Of a DNA stretch of 64,000 nt, positions 26,501 to 38,500 are shown one piece after another. Within the stretch, counting starts at the first letter, position 1. Each line of letters opens with the position of its first letter. The translations under genes were made by a program, and so were the position numbers. The DNA is from Tubulanus polymorphus (lineage: Eukaryota > Animalia > Nemertea): positions 16,368,110 through 16,432,109 of the forward strand of contig NC_134030.1 of assembly GCF_964204645.1 (NCBI RefSeq). The letters run 5' to 3'. The notes beneath the pieces were generated by a model. It did not search any database and had not been told where the DNA came from. It was given only the letters and a program-made list of their open reading frames with translations.

Positions 26501-29500
26501 TATCGTACACTAACTCAACGGACAAAGAAACATTTTTGTGTTATTATTTGATGTGAATTTCTAGAGGGTTAATTAGAGAGAAATTTCGTGCGAAATGTGA
26601 TATATCATTTTCTTAAACTACAGGGGAGAGTGCACACAAGCAGTTAATTAGGATTTTTGATATTAAAAAAATAAACTACTCAATATTCATAACCACAAAT
26701 GGACTCATAGGGGGCAGTATTATCTGTTATCTCAATCAGTTACAAATCATTCTCAACAAACAATCTTCTAGGGTTCTAGCCAGAACGCATATCTAGATTG
26801 TTTTGATTTATCAACTCGCCAACCTTAATGAGGAATTCAGTTACCTGCTTGTGAATCTGATTGATTCATGGGTTTGGGTCAGGGAAAGCATGCTATCTAT
26901 TTCAAGGAGATCATCACAGGCAAAATGGAAATTAAACATCAGGGATAGCCCCCTGATAATCTTAGGCAGGGATATCCCAACATTATCTGTACCGGACGAC
27001 TGAACTTCACAGAATCGATGAACCAAAGAACTAGGCCTACTGAATCAAAGAAGGTTCCCGGAATCATTGATTTTCTTTATGAAACACGAAGAGTCCATGT
27101 GAATTTTATATATTCCGAAGATATCTTCCAAATTGGGCCAACATTTGATCGAATTTAGCAAAAAGAAATTTTGTATGGTATTTGAGAAAATTTCAGATGG
27201 ACTATGGAAATGGCCTAAGGCCATTTTCACTGGTACTTCGGGTCATGTATTCATTTTATTATCATTTAGAAAATCATTTGCTTTTCGACACTACATTCGC
27301 TACACGAAGGGAATTTGCCAAACTACATAAACCGTAGTAACCATAAAATTAGAATTGAAACTGATATACAACTGTGTCCGTCACTGCGGAAGGGATTCTC
27401 TATATACCGGTATATAGTGGTGCCATCACTTCATTCGTTGGTTCTAGCCAGTAATAAGATAAAATCCCACTATTTACAGATTAAAAGAATTTAAAAACCA
27501 GAATTTATTTATTAAATCTAAAATATATAAAAGACACGACGTTTCGATCTCAATAGTGGGATTTTATCTTATTATCCGTTCACCACGTTTGAGTGTGGTC
27601 ATCGTTCTATTCTAGCCAGTGTCCGTGTAAAATTCAAATTCAAGTATTCTTAACGTTATTCTTGCTGTTAATGTGCTACTGTCATCATATGTGCAACTTA
27701 TATAATATTGTATTGTTTATTTTACGATAATTTAATGAATGAAATTGGAAAATAAAACTGATAATTATCTAATTCAGCGATTCAGGTATTCAGTGGTTAA
27801 TCGATTCCATTCAAACACTGGTCAGGACCAGAAGGGCAACAAACGATTTTCAAGGACGGCTCTGGTGAGGTTCAGGTATACATAATCGTGTGCCTACTAA
27901 CAGGCACACACCTAACATTATTCTGGGAGTGTACCTATCCATTAACAAACTATATGGGAACTGTGCCAAAAATCATTGACTATCTAGGAAAAGATTCTAC
28001 CGAGCCATTTAATCCCTTAAGGGCTATATCTACATAACATTTTAAGAGAGCAACCCTCTTCTCTGGAATGATTAATGATGGGACATGATTATAAGTAATA
28101 ATTTCAAAAAGACTATTTGACGATAATATTCTGAGAAAGTTATCGAATTACGTGCGTTCCAAGAATTTCTGCTGCATCAAAGTCATTTGCTAATTAGTGG
28201 AAGAGGGTTTTAATCGCTTTTCATGTGGCTGTGCTGGCTCCAGTGTCTACTGTAGATAACTCTCAACACCAAGATAAATAAATTCTTTCTTTCTCTTTTG
28301 TTCTTTTAGATGTTTATGAAACGATAAGTTCAAAATGTAACCAAAGGGTCTCCTGGTAAGTGACGGAGAGTAAGGGAAAATGACTGTACTTCTTGCACTA
28401 GAGCTAATAAAATTGACGCCCATCCCAGTCATAATTAGAAATCACAAATACAGAAATTTGGCTGCACGCTACATATGTACTAATGAATTAAGCCAAATTA
28501 TTGTCGTTAACTAATCCAAACATTTTGAGTCCTTGTTTTTCATTAGCATTGCTTACAATTTAAATTGATTTATTTTCATTTTTTTCTAATTAAGGGGCTC
28601 CCAACTTGACTACCATGTTACAAGGCTATGAAGAATGATACCTTACTAAATACATAGCAATAGTATTTTGCTGCTGGTATTCATGAACTTTGAACCAATG
28701 CACAAAGTACATGCCTATATGCTTGGCAGCCAAACAAACAGCTTACAAAGTCTATTTTTTGTGTTATTCATAAAGAGTTATTTCTGAATGTATGAAATTT
28801 GATTGGAGAATGTGAAAATAAACATCATGACGAATCAGTGTGTAACTCACAACTGTGGCACTGGAATCAAATCAAACTACACTGCTGAGGACTTAAGCTA
28901 TGGAAATGGATCAAGCATCAAATCAAACCCATAACTTTAAAGCTCTGAACCCAGTTCCACAATTGTGAATTAAGAACTGAGTTAACTCAGTGAACTAATT
29001 TCTACTCAAGAGTTAACTCGTACTCACAAAACTGTGGAACTGAATTCGAGAATTCACTCTAAGACGTAGAACTGGATCCTGATCTATTACACGTAATTTT
29101 GTCTATTAACTTATACATCAACTGTGTATCAACATCTGTGCACACAATTACATTAAAATTATTTGAGTGCATAACACTTATGGTAATACAATGTATATCT
29201 ATAGTAGTGTTTGTACCTATCAACCATAATATCATTTGAAACTACCACTAGGGGCAACACATGAGATAAAAGTTACTTAGTAACACCATGTCCTAATCCA
29301 ATGAAAACAGGAGTATACCACTTAGTAAATCAGCTTAGAATTTACAGCTGCTAAATGTAGAAATCACAATGATGAATCAATCCGTAGTATCAGGTTAACT
29401 TAAAAATTTTTCTGAATTGCATTTTTTCACCCATTATCGCCAATCATTATTCATACAATGTAATTCAAATAAATAGGACAATAAAAGCTTAACTAGAATA

Positions 29501-32500
29501 AGGCAAAGCCTCGAATGCCCTTGGCCTGAAATTCACCACCACGTGAAGTTACAGGGTTCATGGTAAATGTGTTAGAAATATCGTGGCCACAATTATTTCT
29601 ATAAGAATGCTATTAGAGAACATGTGTACAAAGTGTAAAAAATTGATCAACAGTTGCATCCTCTAGGCTTTCCCCTGATGGCCATAATTTGAATTGGTCA
29701 ACAATTGCGGCCTCTAGGCTGTTAACGCTGTTTTTCAGGTCGGCCCCCTGGTGGCCATAATTTGAATAGAACCAACGCAATTATAAATAGGGTTCTGGCC
29801 CAAGTGATATCCTACTTGTGTACCGAGATTGAAATGATTCGGTCAACAATTGTGGCATTTAGACTGTTAACGTTGTTTTTCATGTCGGCCGTTGGTAGAC
29901 ATAATTTCAATCGAATCAACCCAATTATGAATATGGTTCTGGCCCAAGTGATATCCTACATGTGTACCAAGTTTGAAATGAATCGGTCACCTATTGCAGC
30001 CTCTAGGCTGTTAACATCGTTTTTTATGTCCCCATGTGGCCATAATTCGAATCGAATCGAATCGAACCACTTATGTACCAAGTTTGTAATAAATCGGTCA
30101 ACCTGGTGGCCATAATTTGAATCGAATCGACCCAATTTTAAATAGGGTTCTGGCCCAAGTGATATCCTACTTGTGTACCAAGTTTGAAAACAATCGGAAC
30201 AATTGTTAATGTCACTTGCGGCGGCGGCAGCGGCGGCGTATTCAGACAGGGGTAAATCTATATGCCCCTCCCAACTAAAGTTGAGCCGGGGGCACATAAT
30301 AAAAAAAGGGTAAGGTAAATGAAGACGGCTCCAGACCCTCTCACAGAAATAATCCCATCTTCTGATTAAAAAAAGTTTGTCAAAAAATCAAATCAAATCA
30401 AACCAACTTCTCTGGTACTGGGCCAGTACCTACCTATCGAAATAACCTATAACTAACTCTGTGATACTTAGTTGAATCAAAATTACACTTGTCGGGACCT
30501 GTTTTATTCCCATAGTAACCAAACATCCAGCTAATTGGTGGAGTAAATTTAAAACAAAATTGATAATTTCTAATTAACAACTATCAAGAGTATGCACGCC
30601 CACATTCCCAGCCTCACCTTTCCTGTACGCCATCTTACCAACTCAGACCTATACTAACCATCCCTAATCTATGCTATATTCCCATAAAGATTCTGAAATG
30701 ATTTTATTGTATAGACAAAAGACCCCCACTACTGCATATAACTTAACTAACATTACTATTCCTATTTACAAAGCTTATAATTATATATACACCCCTAGGC
30801 AGGTCACCAAATGTTGCGTACTGCCACCCATACATATATTCACAACTGTTGACTCAGCAATTTTATGTTTTTACAATGATTACCTTTGTAAATGCCTGTA
30901 TTGGCCATGTATACATATGTATACAATTAAGAAAATCCTTGTACCAATGATACCTTTGCAAGTCTAATAACGAGTTATGTTATAAGCATATTATATATTA
31001 TATGCATAAGTCAATTAAAAAATCCATCAAGAATTGCAGTCTCTATAGCACTTACAATAAAGATGGCCACCCTAGTGGTTGCTATCTGATGACCTCCTTT
31101 TTTAGTAGGGAGGACATTTTACCTGCTCCAATCCTCACACCATGTTTCAGAGAAATCCATCAAAATTAGCAGGCTGTACAAACCTTGTTAAATGAACTGA
31201 ATATGATTAAAACTTACTGTATGTTTGTGAAATGGAAGGTAGACAGGACGGGTGTGGAGATTTCTGATCAATGTATGCTGACGGATTGTAATATCGTTCG
31301 AATTCTGTAATCGCCAACTGTGATTCGCTGTAATCTTCGGGGGAATGACATAATGACAAGTGATCCTTTGATCCATCTGAAACACGATTCAACCACGATA
31401 AATTGATAATTTATGGCATGACTAACAGACAATTTTTACAAAAGTCGTGTAGATATCTTTGTAATGTTTTGTTTCCAAATCCATTTCTAAAGCATAAGAA
31501 AGCTTTTGCGGTTTGATTTTCAAATAATAAATCATCACTCAAGCAAAAAATATTCAACTTAATAAAATCAGTATCAATTTCATAACACTTTTTAATGAAG
31601 AAAAAATATGAAAAAATTTCTATTGAGAAATGAAACCTGTCACCAATATTTTCAACAAAAATAAAATGAAGAAGTTTAAAAATTTGTTTGACTTACCCCC
31701 ATCTTTAAGCAGTTGCAAATGTTCCCACAGTATGTCACCCATGATTGGCGGGGACAGAGATAGAAATGAGTCTTTGCTGAGACCACATAATAGTTTACCT
31801 TTCATCAGGTAATTATCTACATAGACGCCTTGTAAATTGAATTCTCTGATTGCCCAATTTAACCACTGTATAATGTGTATCTCATTCCAATCATGAGGAT
31901 CTGTTTCAAGAGAAGACAATGAGAGGATACTGGTACAATCAAACTTAAATTTGGTATACAGCCAAAGTTGACTGCAAAACAAAATTAAACTGAAAATGGG
32001 AAATGATGTATAGTACCAGAATCAGCTTAGACTGGTTAGTCAGGCTAGAGAACCAATCAACTTGAGTTAGATTGGTTATAGAACCAAATGGAAATGCCTG
32101 AAATGGTTACTGCGATATATAAACTGTCTTCAAGCTTGGGTTTATGACCAACACTGCTTGAGGGTTTAATAAAGCTTGAGGTTAATCAACCAAAAGTTTA
32201 CATAATTAAGTAAAGATAAACCATATACTTAGATGAGGCTCATTTGTAATGTTTCACCAATATGGGCCACTCCTACTACTCCCCTCCCAAACCTTCATAT
32301 CAAACCCTGTAAACAAGTCACTCCCATCTATTGCTTGTGACCTAACCAGATTGTAAGAAACATTTTCATCCATTTAATAAGAATGACATTATGTAATAGA
32401 TCATAAGAATTCATTAATATATTTCCATCCATATATACAATCTATATAAGAAATTTGGAATTTTATGGCCCTGCCTAGCAGATAGGGATGGGTCCCACTT

Positions 32501-35500
32501 CTTAATCCACCTCTTTCTAGACAATCTTATCTTATGAAAGAAAAGAACCTCTGATACAGTATGCAGTTAAGGTAGAACATTTTTTAGAAATAGAAAGACC
32601 GGCTGATGATTAAGAGGAACGGCTGCCACAAGTCTTAATGAATGAATGAACTGCACTCTAAAAATGATAGAGAGAGAGAGGGGAACTGGTGTGTATGATT
32701 TGATTTGACAGGAATCGCATGATATATCTACGAAACCACTACCGTCCACTTGTAAACCAAAATTTGACAACTAAAGCTTCCTGTTGACTTCCTGATATTT
32801 GACCTTCAAGTGTGGTTTCATAAAAACCACTTTTTGGATTGTTATTTTCTGACATCCCGGTCAGTGGTTGTGAATGGCTATATGTTTCAAGTATATGATT
32901 TCTTGCACCATTACTGGGATCAAGAAAAACATAGCATATTATTGTTAATGAATGCGAGTGAAAATTGGCAGTATTTGTCCTCAGAAAATGCTAGCATAAA
33001 TGGAGTACTAGCATTGACAATATAAACCCGACCTTATGCTGCGAAAAATTTTCATTACCCAAAACATTTTCAGACCATCCCTTAAAATTGTTTGGGGTAA
33101 CCTGAAGATGCTACGATTTGCTTTGAACACTCAAGCAATGGTGCTGGGTTTCAACTGCATAACTCATGTCAGCAGATTCTTCTAATCTATCAACTCTGCC
33201 ACAAGAATATTGCTTACAGAACATTGCTTAAAATTGCTTACAACGCCTCTGAATACTATGTTTTTGCAGGGAGGTGGTTTTTGGGAGCAGTACCTTAATT
33301 GATGGAGACAAAGGTTGTGTAAAAGACTTCCGGTAGAATAAAGAATTTCAGATTTACGTGATTGACTCAATGATTACGTAATTGACTCAATGATTACATA
33401 AACGATTTAAGTCCCATTTATTTTCTCAACTCGCAAATTGATTCTACACAGTTTAGGCCGATCTTCTCACGAGCATTAACAATACAGCTATTGTGCACGA
33501 TGAACCATTTGAACATGAGAAAACTCAATTCTGAATTCAAACAAATGCGATGATATGAGGAAATGTAAAAAGAGCAAGATTTATTTGATCAAGCGGTACT
33601 AAAAAGAATTACATCCAAACTTCAATCAAGTACACCGACAGAAAAATGGAAAAAAAAACAAACTCATTTCAAAATATCAACACGCACCTTGATTAAATCT
33701 TTAGAACTCGATCCAGTCAACTGACAAACTCACAGTGGAAATGGGTTCAACGTTAAATCAAACCAACACTTATGGTACTGGGTGGTCAAATTAAACCTGG
33801 ATGCTGACACCACATTACACAATGTGGAATCGGTCTAACAATTAGGAAGTGACAGTCAAGTTAAGCACTCACCTCAAATCAAAAATCAAGTCTCCTATAT
33901 CCAGATCAAAGGGGCTAATGAATAAACTAATTAAATAGACCACTTGACCAGTGCTTATACATACAGTTTGATAGCATATTTAGTAACACTGGGTTCAGAA
34001 TCACAATTAAGACACCACTGGGGATCTGGGTCCAGTCGAATTGAACCCACGCAACAGTAGATCTGGGTACCCCTGTATCCACGGTACAACCTAAAAGTAA
34101 CTGATCTAGTTTTTCGTTTGTGTTCAGTTTTACGTAGGTCAAAACATTTTAGTTTTGGAAGTGTTTGAGAACAGGGTTCATACAGGACCATCAATATGAA
34201 ATTTAAGGGGTATTTGAGGGGCTTTTGAGGGTATGACTGCCAAATTTGGGGGTCAATTTTCATGAGGAAAACCTAAACAATACATAAAACAATACCAGTA
34301 GCATACTTATCAGAATAAGCAAAATACATTCAGGTGCCAATGAATAACCTTATCAAATTTGACTATATTCCATACTTATTCAATTAGGCCTAAACTGTTC
34401 AATTCAGAATAAACAACATTATAGCTGCGTTCACACGACAACTAGTTAGACCGGTCTAAATGGCTCCATACCTGGTCCGGTCCAAATTTAGACCGGACCA
34501 AATTTTGGTGAGCGTTCACACGGCGTTTTGAAACGCGGTGATAAAATCGCTTGTCACCGGGCCCCAAGATGTCGCCATCTGCTAAATAATCAATTGCGCC
34601 TGGGTGAAGTCTTGCTTCCAGACCCGAAGTATAGCAAGATATTCTTCATTTGACCAATTCGATCCTCTTGTCAGGTTCAGACATTTTTGCGAATTCGAAA
34701 CTCTAAGTTTCGTTTAAACACGGTCCAAGGCACGGCAGTAGAACGGATGATGATCGCGATATACGAATACGAATTACGCTCCAAACATTTCCATAGTATA
34801 GGGAGGAAAAACAGTTCTTAAGAATAATTATATAAACGGTAATAAAAGCATTTAAAACTTAATAAACTGGACTCACACTATGCCGCAGAGGTCGCGACAT
34901 CTATACCGCAGAGATTCAGAATTACGATTTAGACCAGACCTGGTACCAGTTTCTGTCCACACACACATATTTAGACCGGTCCAAAATGTGATCCGGACCT
35001 GGTCCGCTCTTTTAGACCGTGCCAAATTAGACCGGTCTAAACTAGACCGGTCTAACTTGGAACGGTATTTTTGCCCGTGTGAACGCTTGGTCCGGTCTTA
35101 ATTGGACCGGTCTAAATTTCGTCGTGTGAACACGCCTTATATTTTGGGGGAAAAGCAAACCTATCAAACCGTTTAATAGATACATATGCATTTTGTAATG
35201 AGATATGTAGAAACTGGAAAAAGTGACATAACACATTTTGAGTTCGGTTATTACAAAGTTGGACCCTACAAAGTAGACACAGAGCTGATATTAGACTGAT
35301 GTAGTTCTTCAGTTGGTAGATTAAATACATAGAACAGAATGGAATTGATTCATTATGTTAACAACTTTACCCTACATAACTTTATTGTTTCTCTGAAGCT
35401 AGGATTCAGAAAACCCGTAGCTGTAAAATACGTAATTTATACGATCCATAGATGGATATTATCAAACGACACAGGTATTCTTGTTACACAACATAATTAC

Positions 35501-38500
35501 ATACCTTTGGGAATGTCGAGTCTCTGTTGCTCTTTTTCGAAACATTTAAAACTCGCCAGTAAAACCTGCGACATTTTCTGGTTCGTTCCAGGCGTCAACG
35601 GTGGAACTTGCGAAGAATTTGTTGGAAATTCTAGGAATAGAAATTCATGAATTACTTTTTTAAGTGCTTGTTTCAGAATCGTGATGCACAGAGAAATGGC
35701 GAGGTCTTCAGAGCGTTGATTTGCAGATAAATGCGAGATGCTGTCTGGACTCAGATCTCATTGTGAATTAACACCTGAAACTGAAATTGATATAAATCCG
35801 GTTTGCAATTAACAACTGAATATTAACCCTTAGGCATCCACTCAAGCAGTAGAATATGGCCTAGACTGACTGCACTTTGCTCTGATACATACAACGGGAA
35901 GCCCTGAAAATATTTCATATCACCGAATCTCTTGATACTTCCTTCTTATCTGATGTAACTTTACGCATAACGTGTACTACAGTATTCTTTAGCTGGTATC
36001 GATAGAAAGAGGGAACTCATTTATTAATTCACTGTAGCTAGTATCACCCAGTACCAAATAGGCCCATGCCTGCTTTACGCGGGCCCATTTGGTATCATTT
36101 GGCCTAACCTAGGAACTACAACTCTAGGATTTCAGACGGTAGCAGATGAATAGACCTACTACTAAATCCTGGCCTTGTATTCCATGGTAAAATGATAATA
36201 AATAAAGTGGAAAAATCTAACAAAAACTATGTTTATTCAGCATTATGCGTTCAGGGGGCATTTAAGTTGTCTTAATGATATAAATATAGGCCTATGCAGT
36301 GAAAATTCTTTGATTTTATCTTAAGTGCAAATTCCCTAATGGAATAAATATAGAAATTGAACTCATTTCGAAAATCTCCTTTTTTCCAGAAACCTTCATC
36401 ATTGTAAAAAGAAGTTAAAACTCATAAAAAGCATGCACTAATTCTTAATATACCCAATACTGTTAGCATATAATTAGCATATATTCCTAAGAATTCCATC
36501 CTGAATTAACAGTCATTTCTTGCCATCAAAATTTTGCCAACACAGATTCTAGTGATTTGAAAATGAAGACCAATCCCGTTTCATGTTAGCACTCATTGAT
36601 CACCCTCTAGGAGACGTCGGTCATTTCAAGCTTTTTGGAAAATCTGACATACGAAACCAATTCAATCAATTCATAAAAAGATCAATATATCCTCAAGGAA
36701 TACAATACAGGAGGAAAATTCAAAAATGGACAAATCATCTGAGAGAAATCTGGTTTAACGCTGTTATAGGCCTATATATAATTTAGTAGTAGCAAAATAA
36801 ACTTCAATCATTGCTCTCAGGCCAGTTCATGTGTTTATCTATGCCAACCGAAATTTCTTACGTAGATATACGATTTGAACCAAAAATTTGGGTGTTTAAA
36901 TTCTATCTACTTTCGCCGAATTTTTTTATTTCTGATTCTTCGTCCCCGGTGGCGTTAAAATGCAAGAAAAACCCCAGAATAGCGAAAATTCAGTTTTTTT
37001 TCAATCCTTTAAAAGAAACTAAACAATTAGATAAAACAATTTTTTTAAAAGGAACATATGTACGAACCTGTATCGTCCTCTGAGATGACAAATAGAAATT
37101 GCGTCATTTTATCTAATCGTCATAATTCGATAACACCCTTCATTAATGCTGATTCCATTTGATTGTTGCTAAATATTTTATGGAAATGTGCAAGAGACTG
37201 GTTTGTTTCACCTCAACTGTGTGAATGGATAAAAAACAAAGCCTTCTCATGTGTTATGGGATGTAATCTCTATTTTGATTGGTTATTCCAAGAAAACACC
37301 ACAATATCTAAACATTGCTACTGCCACTACACAGAATAACCTATAGCATAATGCATTGGGTTCAGGTAGAGAAGAAATCTGTGATTGAAGGGAAGGGCCC
37401 ATTCAATAAGATTTCAACTAATTAATTGCAATAATATCAAGAGTTTGTATACCATTTACTTTTTCAAAACCATTTTCTGGTGGGAACCTTGAGAATCATT
37501 ATCGTGGTTTTAAAAGTCAAACTATAGCCGCGATCACACGGAGACGATTTGGCCCAGGCCAAATTGGCACGGATCAGGCTCGGGCCAAATTTGGCCCATG
37601 CCTAATCAGAGAGCTCGTTCACACGCAAACCATTCACTCGATACTAAACAATGCTCAAACAAAGCGAAGTGGATCATTTCTAGTGCCAGTTGCAATCCAA
37701 ACGCAATCATTTGTCTGGTGCTAAAATTTGGCTCGGGCCTGGTCTGACGTTTTTGGTTGGGCCAAAAATGCTTGTGTGATTGCGGCTTAAATTCTAATCT
37801 TTAATCACAGTTGGTTTCACACTCATGATCGACCCGCTACTAATTGTAGCTTCACTGTAGCATCAAATTGAGTTAAGTAAACTGAACCAACATTTAGCAA
37901 TTGATAAATACATGTGGAAATTCTATCATATCTCTGTTTCGGTTCTTATTTATATCTTAATGACATATCACTAATTCAATAATCATATTTGCATGAGGAT
38001 TCTACTATCGAGGTAAAGTAACAGGGTAATTTGGCCTGTAACTTTAATGCCATGATTCAAAACGACCCAAACCTGAGCTTAGCAATTCACGTACACTTTA
38101 AATCTGGTCCCCCAATTGACACACATGCAGAAATTAGTCATTCCAGATCGTTCTTTTTAGTCAATCTAAATTACTCCGTTCAGAAATGGAATGTTTGTTA
38201 AGCGAGGACGTTTTGACGGTATGAATGCTTGGTCCATTCTAAAATGATGAAATGGGAACGCAGCTTAACTAACATGAGGTGTTAAAGCCTATGTCTGTCA
38301 TTAATTTGTCAAAAGAGATTAAAATTGAATCTTGCGTAACTAGCCATCATTACAATGATTGACTCACTTTACAATCATAAGGGCAATATCATAGAATGCT
38401 AATCATTCATCTATTTTCCGAGCAAAGAATGAATGAGAAGTATCAGAGTAAGGATCACTCTGAGCATTTGAAATTTCGAAAAATGCTATCATGCTTATGA

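Noticed and set aside
29762-30297. Overlapping 117-aa and 113-aa ORFs
   Set aside because: They lie within the tandem units of a non-autonomous element; repetitive translation with no domain.
35631-35774. In-frame upstream extension of Ets exon 3 with an alternative acceptor at 35774
   Set aside because: All three frames from that acceptor hit stops and the open stretch has no in-frame Met; it is at most an untranslated variant and is unsupported.
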